In this document: positions 1 to 8,055 of the stretch, piece by piece
Layout of the letters: each line of letters begins with the position of its first letter
Numbering within the stretch: position 1 is the stretch's first letter
Assembly (NCBI GenBank): GCA_963715195.1
Contig: CAVQRT010000011.1
Location: forward strand, 1-10,631
Length of the DNA: 10,631 nucleotides
Direction: 5' to 3'
DNA from: Thermodesulfovibrionales bacterium
Lineage (GTDB): Bacteria; Nitrospirota; Thermodesulfovibrionia; Thermodesulfovibrionales; SM23-35
Translations under genes and position numbers: made by a program
The notes under the pieces: model-generated
Database searches by the model: none
Seen by the model: the letters and a program-made list of their open reading frames with translations, nothing else
What the model was told of the DNA's origin: nothing

Positions 1-32
1 CTGTCAGATGAGCAAATCTGATAATTTCCATT

Positions 33-58
33 TGAGCTTGCCCCGAAAAAGTGGACAC
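33..58. repeat. IS3 right terminal inverted repeat (IRR)
   Basis: TGAGCTTGCCCCGAAAAAGTGGACAC; inverted partner at 1257-1282. Confidence 0.92.
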
Positions 59-62
59 GTAG

Positions 63-920
63 TTAAGTTTCATTAAGGAGTTTTTCATACTGCTCTGGAC
101 TCCTGTACCCTAAGGCAGAATGCCTCCTCTGACGATTATAGAACACTTCTACATACTCAAAAATACTAAGCCTCGCTTCCAGCCTTGAACGGTAACGCTC
201 ACCATGGACCAATTCCGTCTTGAGAGTCCCAAAGAACGACTCCATATAAGCGTTATCGTAGCAATTGCCACTTCTGCTCATGCTCGGGGTAATGCCGTAT
301 TCTCCGAGAAGCTCCTGATAAGCATAGCTTGCATACTGCCTACCTCGATCAGAATGGTGAATTAATCCTTCAGAAGGGCTTTGTCTGCCAACTGCATCCT
401 TGAGTGCTGCAGAAGCCAAATCCTGTGAGAGTTTATCGCTCATGGTCAATCCAATGATCTTTCTGCTTTGCACATTCATCACTGCTGCCACGTAAAGCCA
501 TCCTTCTGATGTCTGGACATATGTCATATCGGAGGCCCATACCCCCTCTGTCCGTCGATGGTCAATCAGCAAGTTTGCAGCCAAGGCATAGTTATGCCGT
601 GAATCGGTGGTCCGCCTGAATCGCCTTTTCTTTACATCTGCCCTTATGGAATGGTCCTTCATGATCCTGGCCACACGGTTTTTCCCACATCTGACACCAT
701 CGTCATTCAGTTCCGCCGCGATCCGCGGACTTCCATAAAGCCTTCTATTTTGACAGTGAACTTTCCGTATGCGTTGCAACAACTCCTCATTGGCTTTCTG
801 TCGTATGCTCGGCCGACGAGTACTCCACGCATAATAACCACTTCTGGATACCTTCAGTACTTCGCACATGCTTCTTACCTTATAGGTCTCTCTGTGTTCT
901 TCCATAAACTCATACTTCAT
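63..920 (-). CDS. IS3-family transposase OrfB (DDE/rve integrase core)
   Basis: Motifs VSRSGYY, YGSPRI, WASDMTY (D), HHSDRGRQY (D), DNAYMESFFGTLKTE (E), YNRQRRHSALGY. Confidence 0.95.
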   Translation of the reverse strand: MKYEFMEEHRETYKVRSMCEVLKVSRSGYYAWSTRRPSIRQKANEELLQRIRKVHCQNRRLYGSPRIAAELNDDGVRCGKNRVARIMKDHSIRADVKKRRFRRTTDSRHNYALAANLLIDHRRTEGVWASDMTYVQTSEGWLYVAAVMNVQSRKIIGLTMSDKLSQDLASAALKDAVGRQSPSEGLIHHSDRGRQYASYAYQELLGEYGITPSMSRSGNCYDNAYMESFFGTLKTELVHGERYRSRLEARLSIFEYVEVFYNRQRRHSALGYRSPEQYEKLLNET

Positions 921-1219
921 CTGTTTTGTTTGGAGAATACGGCCAAGGCTTTTTTTAAAATATCCCTCTCTTCCCTCGCCCGTTCTAATTCCTTCCGAAG
1001 CTTCCTGATTTCTGCGTTCTCCGGCTTAACACATCCCTTACCTGTAAAGGCCTTCTCACCATCTTTCAGAAATTCCCTCCTCCACAAATGAAGCAGATTC
1101 GGATGGATATCAAGATCCCGAGCTACCTTGCCTACTGGCATTCCCTTTTCCGTGACTAGCTGTACCGCGTCTCTCTTGAACTCACGAGCAAAATGGCGGC
1201 GCTTATCCTCTTTCCCCAT
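917..1219 (-). CDS. IS3-family transposase OrfA (HTH_Tnp_1)
   Basis: RRHFAREFKRDAV...VARDLDIHPNLLHLWRR HTH, then coiled coil ending ERDILKKA. Strong RBS GAGGAGG upstream. ATGA overlap with orfB. Confidence 0.95.
   Translation of the reverse strand: MGKEDKRRHFAREFKRDAVQLVTEKGMPVGKVARDLDIHPNLLHLWRREFLKDGEKAFTGKGCVKPENAEIRKLRKELERAREERDILKKALAVFSKQNR
949..956 (-). other. Programmed -1 ribosomal frameshift site (A AAA AAA G)
   Basis: Minus strand reads TTA AAA AAA GCC. The -1 frame (KKSLGRILQTKQ) is open straight into the orfB ATG, giving an OrfAB fusion. Confidence 0.8.
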
Positions 1220-1256
1220 TCACACACCTCCTCTGTCATCTTACAAATCTTTAGGT

Positions 1257-1282
1257 GTGTCCATCAATTCGGGGTAAGGTCA
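1257..1282. repeat. IS3 left terminal inverted repeat (IRL)
   Basis: Reverse complement TGACCTTACCCCGAATTGATGGACAC, 20/26 identical to 33-58. Confidence 0.92.
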
Positions 1283-1320
1283 ACTTGTACTGTTCTGCAT
1301 ATTCGAAAAGGCGGCTGAAA

Positions 1321-1358
1321 AACTCCTTCATCAATTCTTCATACTTGGGAATTATCAT
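1321..1358 (+). promoter_or_regulatory. OmpR/CopR-type direct-repeat operator plus candidate -10 upstream of the multicopper oxidase
   Basis: CTTCAT-N5-CTTCAT (1326-1342, 11-bp period). TATCAT lies 10 nt downstream (1353-1358), and a second -10 candidate TATAAT is at 1370-1375. Confidence 0.55.
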
Positions 1359-1412
1359 CAAATCAAGAGTATAATTGAAAATAAACACTTTGAAGAAAGG
1401 CATACCATCAAG

Positions 1413-2849
1413 ATGAAAGTCCTAAATAGAAGAGATTTTCTCAAATTTGCTGGTGTAGGCGGGGCACTTTTAGTCACAGAGCTAAGTCCTTTGAATCTTA
1501 TTAACTCTGTCTATGCTCAGAAGTCCAAGGAAGTCGAGCTTACTGGAAGTTTAACTGCAGTGGATTTAGGAAGCGGAAAACCATTTATGGCCTGGACATA
1601 TAATGGAAAAATCCCTGGCCCGGAGATTCGTGTTAAAGAGGGGGAGAGATTACGGGTTCTTCTCAAAAATAAACTCCCGGAAGATACAACAATTCACTGG
1701 CATGGGTTGCCTGTGCCGAATAGAATGGATGGAGTTCCCTTCGTTACGCAAAAACCGGTTCAGCCCGGGGAAACTTTCATTTATGACTTTGAAGCCTCAC
1801 CCCCTGGTACTTACATATACCATTCGCATGCACATTACCAGCTTGACCGAGGTCTGTACGGCGCATTGATTGTTGAACCCAAGCGGGAAGAAAGGGGTTA
1901 CGACCGTGAGTATGTTCTACTCTTGGAAGATTGGGCCACGATCGACGGTGGTGGTCCGGAAGCCTCTAAAAAAGGAAGGATACAACTCATCATGGGAATG
2001 ATGGGTATGATGAGAAGAGGTGCCGGTGGCCCACTCCAAGAACCACTTTATGATGCATATACCATCAATGGTAAAGTCTTTGGAGCTTCTTTACCATTCA
2101 AGGTTAAGAAAGGAGATAAAGTAAAACTGAGAATTGCCAATCCTTCTTCTTCAACTATCTACACATTGAGGATAGCGGGGCATCCGATGACAATAACTCA
2201 TACTGATGGAAGACCGGTCCTTCCTATCGCTGTCGACGTTTTGCGCATAGGGATGGGGGAAAGATATGACGTTGAATTGAATGCAAACAATCCAGGGAGA
2301 TGGCTTATCTATAACGTAAATGATGGAAGTCCTGCCGGTGGCTGGAGGCTCGGAACAATCCTTTATGACGGCGTAACATCGAAATCTTATAACGATGATA
2401 ATTTGGCGAGATACCGCATAAGTGATTACAGCACTTTGGAAGGGATAGACGAGAGGTACGTGAAACCAGTTTCCTCCGTCGACAAAGTGTTCAGGATGAA
2501 TCTTTCAGGCGGGATGATGTCACCATACTGGACAATTAACGGAAGGGTATATCCCGATTCGGATGACATGTCTATCAAACAGGGTGATAGGGTAAGACTT
2601 GAATATTTCAATATGAGTATGATGGCGCACCCGATGCATCTCCACGGCCACTTTTTTGAGGTTGTCGGTACAGGTAGAGTGACCGGAGTCAGAATCAAGA
2701 AAGATACGATCATAATTCCTTCACACATGGGAAGAGGTGCAATAGAGTTCATCGCTGATAATCCTGGAGTGTGGTTCCATCACTGTCACAATCTCTATCA
2801 TATGGAAGCCGGGATGGCAAACTTGATCAAAAACTCTCCTGAAAAATAA
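1413..2849 (+). CDS. Tat-exported multicopper oxidase (CueO/CopA-like cuprous oxidase)
   Basis: Twin-arginine signal NRRDFLK. All four copper motifs present: HWHG, YHSH, HPMHLHGH, HCHNLYHMEAGM. Met-rich loop MGMMGMM. Confidence 0.95.
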   Translation: MKVLNRRDFLKFAGVGGALLVTELSPLNLINSVYAQKSKEVELTGSLTAVDLGSGKPFMAWTYNGKIPGPEIRVKEGERLRVLLKNKLPEDTTIHWHGLPVPNRMDGVPFVTQKPVQPGETFIYDFEASPPGTYIYHSHAHYQLDRGLYGALIVEPKREERGYDREYVLLLEDWATIDGGGPEASKKGRIQLIMGMMGMMRRGAGGPLQEPLYDAYTINGKVFGASLPFKVKKGDKVKLRIANPSSSTIYTLRIAGHPMTITHTDGRPVLPIAVDVLRIGMGERYDVELNANNPGRWLIYNVNDGSPAGGWRLGTILYDGVTSKSYNDDNLARYRISDYSTLEGIDERYVKPVSSVDKVFRMNLSGGMMSPYWTINGRVYPDSDDMSIKQGDRVRLEYFNMSMMAHPMHLHGHFFEVVGTGRVTGVRIKKDTIIIPSHMGRGAIEFIADNPGVWFHHCHNLYHMEAGMANLIKNSPEK

Positions 2850-2877
2850 GAGATTGAAGAAAGAGAAAGGAGCAATT

Positions 2878-3192
2878 ATGAGTTCATTTCCATTTATTAA
2901 TGGGATCGTGCTTCAGTGGGGAGGATACGATCGGTATGGTGGTGGAGGAATGGGGCCGGGTATGATGGGCTATGGAGTTGGTTGGGTTATGGGGATCATC
3001 AATATCATATTCTGGGTTGTGGTCATCATAGGTGTTATTTATCTCATAAAATGGCTTTCTTCAACTTCAAAACAAGGTGGGAAGGAAACAAAAGGGGAAA
3101 ATACCGCATTTGATATTCTAAGGGAAAGGTATGCCAAAGGAGAAATAAACAGGGAAGAATTTGAAGAGAAGAAGAAAGTCCTCAAAGAATAG
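2878..3192 (+). CDS. Gly/Met-rich single-TM membrane protein with C-terminal SHOCT domain
   Basis: ATG at 2878 follows AGGAG and is preferred over the TTG at 2854. GMGPGMMG motif, TM segment IINIIFWVVVIIGVIYLI, SHOCT signature AFDILRERYAKGEINREEFEEKK. Confidence 0.88.
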   Translation: MSSFPFINGIVLQWGGYDRYGGGGMGPGMMGYGVGWVMGIINIIFWVVVIIGVIYLIKWLSSTSKQGGKETKGENTAFDILRERYAKGEINREEFEEKKKVLKE

Positions 3193-3266
3193 TAATGAAC
3201 ATTTCGACGAGATTTCTCTGAGGACGTTTTATAAATTCAAATCATTTGCCTGCCAACTGAAGCGCA

Positions 3267-4385
3267 TCAGGGATTGCTAGCAAGAGGGATCGTGAAACAG
3301 AATCTACTTCCCTCTCCATATTGGCTCGTTACCCAAAGTTCGCCCTTGTGCACTTCAATCAAAAGCTTCGCAATATAAAGACCAAGCCCGGTGCCTTCAT
3401 ATTCACGGTTAACCGAAGAATCCACTTGCATGAACTTATCAAATATCTTATTGAGATTTTCCTCTTTGATCCCAATGCCGGTATCTTCGATGCAAATTTC
3501 CGCATATTTAGGCGAGCTGCCCTGTTCACGTCTCCGCTGAGAAAGATTGGCCGTTACCGTAATGGTGCCCTTACGGGTAAATTTGATTGCATTTCCCAGC
3601 AGATGTATAAGAATTTGATATAGCCTATCCTCATCGGCATAAACTGGGGGGATATTTTCATTGACGTCAATGGTCAATGTCAGCGCTTTTCGTTCTATCT
3701 GGGATTGAAAGATAGCAGTGACAGACTGAATAATTGATTGAAGATTAACCTCCTGCAATTCTAACTTTGGCATTTCCCCTGATTCTATCTTCGCCACATC
3801 AAGCATGTCATTTATCAAATGCGTGAGATTTTTTGACTGTAGAGAAATCTTCTTGAGACTTTTTTCCTGCTCTTCGTTTAAGGGGCCCTCGACCCTATCT
3901 AATAACAAATCCGTGTAACCAGTTACGGCGGTCATTGGCGTGCGGAGTTCATGTGATACATTGGCCAAAAAGGAAGACTTCAGTTTGTCCAATTTCTGTA
4001 ATTCTATCTTATCTCGTTCCAGTTGTTGTTGATATTTCTTTAACCGGTCGATGAGAAATCCGGCAACAACGGCGAATACCCCTGTAAATAAGAGATGAAG
4101 CAATTTGTCTATCAAGAAGAGAGAAGTTGTTAACCAGTTCACAAAAACAAATGGGATATAGAGGGCTGAAACAAAGAGATACGTCACAACCGCAGCCTTG
4201 AGCCCCATGAAAGCCGCAAGGAGTATTGGAATATAGTAAAGTTCAGCATATATGCCGTGGAGCGCATGTTCTTCGACTCCAGTGGAGTAATGAAGGTAGG
4301 TTATGAGGAGAGTGCTAAGAAAAATAACGATTATGAAATACCTTTTCTGATTAGGCGATTTCATAAATAATGTCTTTATCGACAA
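3267..4385 (-). CDS. Membrane sensor histidine kinase (HisKA + HATPase_c)
   Basis: About four N-terminal TM segments, H-box FLANVSHELRTP, N-box LLGNAIKFT, G1 DTGIGI, F-box IFDKF, G2 GTGLGL. The start may instead be the ATG at 4364. Confidence 0.93.
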   Translation of the reverse strand: MSIKTLFMKSPNQKRYFIIVIFLSTLLITYLHYSTGVEEHALHGIYAELYYIPILLAAFMGLKAAVVTYLFVSALYIPFVFVNWLTTSLFLIDKLLHLLFTGVFAVVAGFLIDRLKKYQQQLERDKIELQKLDKLKSSFLANVSHELRTPMTAVTGYTDLLLDRVEGPLNEEQEKSLKKISLQSKNLTHLINDMLDVAKIESGEMPKLELQEVNLQSIIQSVTAIFQSQIERKALTLTIDVNENIPPVYADEDRLYQILIHLLGNAIKFTRKGTITVTANLSQRRREQGSSPKYAEICIEDTGIGIKEENLNKIFDKFMQVDSSVNREYEGTGLGLYIAKLLIEVHKGELWVTSQYGEGSRFCFTIPLASNP

Positions 4386-4569
4386 CTCTCCTGATGTACA
4401 TCAACGAGGTTTTTGCAATAGATGCAGTTTCCAAAATAGTGGTGAAAAAAAGGATGCAGATGCATCAGCAATGTACTGTCGGTTCTGAATATTGGATGAT
4501 TCCATGTGAATCAAGAATAACAGAAATGAACGAAGAAGGAATAAAATAAGATGAAATGCTACACGTCAG

Positions 4570-4603
4570 AAAAAAGTGGCAGCCAGCAAAATCACTGGCT
4601 GCC
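4570..4603 (-). terminator. Intrinsic terminator after the ZraP-like gene
   Basis: Minus strand GGCAGCCAG-N8-CTGGCTGCC (perfect 9-bp stem), then AC and T6, about 20 nt after the stop codon. Confidence 0.75.
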
Positions 4604-4624
4604 CTCTCATGCTCATAAGGATTC

Positions 4625-5011
4625 TTATCGGCCCCAGCAAGCCTGGGGAGCCTTCGCATATATTTTTTCCTGTAGGTCGCGGATTTCATTTTCCAGTTTT
4701 GCTAAGGATTCACGGGTAGTCTTTGGGTTCCGTGCAGCTTCAAAATAATCAAATCTCTTGCTGTTCAATTCCTTTCTCAAACCCGCATTTTGGTCAAAGA
4801 ATTCTTGGCATTCTTCATTTTTCCCGTAATAGCCAGGTCCCATCATGCCTGGTCCCATTCCATAACCGCCTTGTCCAAGATCCTGGCCGCAATAAGGACA
4901 GTAATTCCAGCCTTGTTGTCCGCCCCACATCATTCCCGGGCCCTGTGCAGAGACACCAACTGAGATCGCACAAACCGATAAGATCATTACGCAGATAAGT
5001 AACTTTTTCAT
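4625..5011 (-). CDS. Periplasmic heavy-metal-binding protein, ZraP/Spy/CpxP-like
   Basis: ATG at 5011 follows RBS GGAGGT. Signal peptide MKKLL...VSA, then GPGMM, CPYC and GMGPGMMGPG motifs and an amphipathic helical hairpin (LRKELNSKR...LAKLENEIRDLQEK). Confidence 0.75.
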   Translation of the reverse strand: MKKLLICVMILSVCAISVGVSAQGPGMMWGGQQGWNYCPYCGQDLGQGGYGMGPGMMGPGYYGKNEECQEFFDQNAGLRKELNSKRFDYFEAARNPKTTRESLAKLENEIRDLQEKIYAKAPQACWGR

Positions 5012-5480
5012 AGTCCACCTCCTTCCTGGATTTTCTGAAGATACTGCTATCGCATTCATAATAGACTTCACGAGAGGAAAATACTATCAGAATAAATCTG
5101 ATTTTTTGTGAGAAAAGTTGCCTTAATGTGTAAGAATATGTCCTACTCAAGCGCTGTTTATGTCGATGGGAAATGAATAATATCAAAAAGTTAGAAGGGT
5201 ATCAACTTCTATGTGTATCCCTGACTATCAATGACCACGCCGGTGGTGTTGAGTATAGGGAGGCATCTTCCCTGAGTCTTTCCAAAGGTACTCTTGATCA
5301 GCCAAAAAAGCAATCAGGTATGCTTCTTTGAAATGGAAATGATAATTTGCAAAAGCTGGAGGGGTAATCACGCCTATGTGCACTCTTGCCCTCTATCGGA
5401 ATCTTGCGAGGTTTTTGTAACAGGGAGAATTGTAACCTGAGAAGAACAATAAAAGGAGTTCCGACAGACAGCATAATTAT

Positions 5481-6209
5481 CTAAAGTCCTCCCACTGAAG
5501 AATCAGATTCCAAGTTCTGAAGTAACTGAATAGTCTCTTCCAATCTTTTAATGTTATCCTCTGAAATACTTTCAAATGCTATCCCAATATCGTAGGTTTC
5601 TGGTTTTTCTCCTGCTATAACATTGCAGGATGCTACCCTTCCTGTAATATAGATATGTTCATCTCCGAGAAGAAACAGTTCCATCTGAATACTTTTTCCC
5701 ACTTCTAATGCACGTTGGCTTTCAATAAGCATACCGCCTAAACTTAAATTTTTTGTCCTATATTTCTCATGGAAAAATACTGTAGCTTCCTTTTCCTGAA
5801 TGCTGCTGAATCTGACATATAATCTTGTTCCGGTCTTTTTGTAGGCCTCAACTTTTTCCTCTTCCTCTTCACAATTAGTTTCAATAAAAGCAGATATCTC
5901 TTTTATCTTTCCATCTGTGAGATCCATAAATTGCATGCCTGCAGTATATATCGGAATAACATTTCCAAGATTGTCTTTCTCAGTTCTCGTTAGAAAAGAC
6001 CACATTATTTTGCCTTTTACCGTAAAAGACTTGTTTTGACCATTTATTGTCAATAGAGATTGACTACCCACAGACAATTGTTTATCAGTTTTTAATGCTA
6101 ACCCACCAAGGCTGATGTTGAGTATCCTCACATGTTTGGCCAGCACCATTTTGCCAGTAATTTTGAGAGCATCAACTTTATACCGCTTATGTCGTCTTTC
6201 AGCATGCAT
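5481..6209 (-). CDS. Tandem (two-domain) PilZ protein, putative c-di-GMP receptor
   Basis: Domain 1: RRHKR (RxxxR), NISLGG, YTAGMQF. Domain 2: RLYVR, NLSLGG, YDIGIAF. Confidence 0.88.
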   Translation of the reverse strand: MHAERRHKRYKVDALKITGKMVLAKHVRILNISLGGLALKTDKQLSVGSQSLLTINGQNKSFTVKGKIMWSFLTRTEKDNLGNVIPIYTAGMQFMDLTDGKIKEISAFIETNCEEEEEKVEAYKKTGTRLYVRFSSIQEKEATVFFHEKYRTKNLSLGGMLIESQRALEVGKSIQMELFLLGDEHIYITGRVASCNVIAGEKPETYDIGIAFESISEDNIKRLEETIQLLQNLESDSSVGGL

Positions 6210-6280
6210 AGATGTTCTAAGAAATGGAGATTATAATATCTTATCTTATAACATAGCTAAATGTGAGACTACTTATAAAC

Positions 6281-6317
6281 AAAAAAAATAGGGGCGAGAT
6301 TTCGATCTCGTCCCTTT
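6281..6317 (-). terminator. Intrinsic terminator after the NHL/TSP3 gene (possibly bidirectional)
   Basis: Hairpin GGGGCGAGAT-TTCG-ATCTCGTCCC on +. The A-run at 6280-6288 gives a long U tail on the minus strand, and TTT follows on +. Confidence 0.7.
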
Positions 6318-6426
6318 ATTACTCCGTTTTTTGGAAAGCATTGACTAATTCAGATATACCAAGGTTCATCAAAAAATCATTCGCATCATCAATTCTGCCT
6401 GATCAATATAATATAGTTCTCCGCAC

Positions 6427-7929
6427 CTATTTCCTCTTGTCATGTGGCACAACTACCGTAGCACTGAGTTTATGTGGTCCTGAACAATCTTCAACTGTGA
6501 CATTGATGATGTAACTTCTCCCTTGAGAGTTACCTGCTCTTTTGCTCCGAAGATTCACGCTTAGCGCATCCGTGATCTGATAGTCTGGCTCAAGAATATT
6601 TTCTTCATATATATCCCGGCCTTTCTTATCCATCTCGATTACATTCACAGAGTCTATCTGCATTATCGCAAACGGGCTTGATGAAACGATATTCGAAACA
6701 TCGATTGTAACGGGAATCATGCGATTATCAGGCGGCCACAGTATTGCTTTCGAGGGCAATATGCTCCCGGTTATGCCTTTACTATTACATTCATCGCAAA
6801 CGTCTCCAATACCATCATTATCCATATCTGCCTGATCCTTGTTTGGGTATTCTGGACAGTTATCTTCATTGCCACACACTCCATCTTTATCAAGATCGTT
6901 GGATGGATCATCTGGGCAGGTATCGCAGACGTTACCGATATTGTCCTCATCGGTGTCCTCCTGTGACGGATTAAAAACATCGACGCAATTGTCCTCTGAG
7001 TCTGCGATGTCGTCACCGTCAGCGTCTTCGAGAGCTGATTTAAATATCTGGATGCGACTATTGCCCGTGTCCGAGACGAGTGTTTCCCCCAAAGGTCCCG
7101 TGTTAACGCGGACAGGATAGTCGAATGCGCCTTCCTCGGTGCCTGGTTTTCCCCATTCTGTGAGGAGGTCACCTTCAGGAGTGAATTTCATGATGGTGCT
7201 TGTCTGTGGAAAAATGGCGTAGACATTATCTGAAGAGTCTGTTGCGAGGCTGTATACCGTCCCCGTGGGCCATGCCGCGAGGGGAATTCCGTCTCCGTCG
7301 AATTTCTGGATGCGAAGATTCAATGTGTCGGCCACATAGACGTTTCCTTTGCCATCAACCGCCACGTCAAAGGGTGATCTGAACTGCCCCCGATCCGAAC
7401 CTGTACCGCCCCATTCCGTGACGGGGGCCCCCTCTGAAGTTAATTTTTGAACGGTGTTATCCACAGAATTGGTGACATACACATATGTGATAACGCTTCC
7501 GTCGGAATCGATATCCGAGTGTGTCGCGATTCCAATTGGGATGAACGGAGAACTGCTGTTGCCAAACTGCAAGAGGAGATTCCCATCCTGATCGAACTTT
7601 GTTACCCCTGCCGCGTCTGCCACATACACATTATTTGAAGAGTCAGTCGCGATATCCCATGCAGTGGGGCACGCTGATGAGTCCTCTGCCCCGCAGCTCG
7701 TCCATTCGTCGAGAAACGAACCATTTTTGTTGAATTTTCTTATTTGCATAGAGTAGCCGTCAACCACGTATATGTTTCCGAGTGTATCCTGTGCAACTCC
7801 CCAAGGAAAGGGGGTTGACCACTGCCTGTCAAAAACAGGCGGATCTTCAATGGCATAAGCTACGCTTGCCACTGTTAAAACCATGCATACAAACACTGCG
7901 TTATATACGATGCTCTTTGCCTGGTACAT
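6427..7929 (-). CDS. Secreted protein: NHL-repeat beta-propeller + thrombospondin type 3 Ca2+-binding repeats + C-terminal LWPP-type Ig-like domain
   Basis: RBS GGGAGG and signal peptide ending AYA. NHL repeats (PWGVAQDTLGNIYVVD, PFDVAVDGKGNVYVADTLNLRIQKF), DxDxDGIGDxCD repeats, and C-terminal LWPPDNRM...GRSY...VVVPHD. Confidence 0.9.
   Translation of the reverse strand: MYQAKSIVYNAVFVCMVLTVASVAYAIEDPPVFDRQWSTPFPWGVAQDTLGNIYVVDGYSMQIRKFNKNGSFLDEWTSCGAEDSSACPTAWDIATDSSNNVYVADAAGVTKFDQDGNLLLQFGNSSSPFIPIGIATHSDIDSDGSVITYVYVTNSVDNTVQKLTSEGAPVTEWGGTGSDRGQFRSPFDVAVDGKGNVYVADTLNLRIQKFDGDGIPLAAWPTGTVYSLATDSSDNVYAIFPQTSTIMKFTPEGDLLTEWGKPGTEEGAFDYPVRVNTGPLGETLVSDTGNSRIQIFKSALEDADGDDIADSEDNCVDVFNPSQEDTDEDNIGNVCDTCPDDPSNDLDKDGVCGNEDNCPEYPNKDQADMDNDGIGDVCDECNSKGITGSILPSKAILWPPDNRMIPVTIDVSNIVSSSPFAIMQIDSVNVIEMDKKGRDIYEENILEPDYQITDALSVNLRSKRAGNSQGRSYIINVTVEDCSGPHKLSATVVVPHDKRK
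6787..7026 (-). repeat. Thrombospondin type 3 repeat tract within CDS
   Basis: DADGDDIADSEDNC...NPSQEDTDEDNIGNVCD and DLDKDGVCGNEDNCP...NKDQADMDNDGIGDVCD. Confidence 0.85.
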
Positions 7930-8019
7930 CTTTTCCTCCCTTTAGGTAGATATGTCTCGTTGACATACCTTCGTGACAAAATGACCGGACTAATACTCAG
8001 TTCCGATCCCCCTTTAAAT

Positions 8020-8052
8020 AAAAAAAGCCTACCCCGAAAGGTAGACTTTTTT
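8020..8052 (-). terminator. Riboswitch expression-platform terminator
   Basis: Minus strand AAAAAAGTCTACC-TTTCGG-GGTAGGC-TTTTTTT, located between the aptamer and the NHL gene start. Confidence 0.85.
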
Positions 8053-8055
8053 ACC

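Larger units (their letters stand above)
33..1282 (-). mobile_element. IS3-family insertion sequence, complete (1250 bp)
   Basis: Ends read TG...CA. The 26-bp terminal inverted repeats match at 20/26 positions. Encloses orfA (HTH) and orfB (DDE) in the IS3 layout, with a slippery A-run at the junction. Confidence 0.95.

Noticed and set aside
4..21. Dyad TCAGAT-N6-ATCTGA, similar to TCAGA-N5-TCTGA near 5087-5101
   Set aside because: The spacings differ and one copy is at the window edge, so a shared operator cannot be supported.
651..1091. 146-aa + strand ORF
   Set aside because: Antisense shadow of IS3 orfA/orfB, with no recognisable motifs.
1603..3113. ORFs 1603-1869, 2426-2752 and 2916-3113
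   Set aside because: Alternate-frame or antisense ORFs inside the well-supported oxidase and SHOCT genes.
4412..4435. Sigma-54 promoter upstream of the kinase
   Set aside because: The GG to GC spacing is 14 nt, not the required 10.
5012..5071. N-terminal extension of the ZraP-like ORF in the track
   Set aside because: The strong RBS and signal peptide place the start at 5011.
3321..5186. ORFs 3321-3623, 4465-4689, 4551-4748, 4723-4998 and 4815-5186
   Set aside because: They overlap the kinase or ZraP-like genes or the terminator and have no protein-like motifs.
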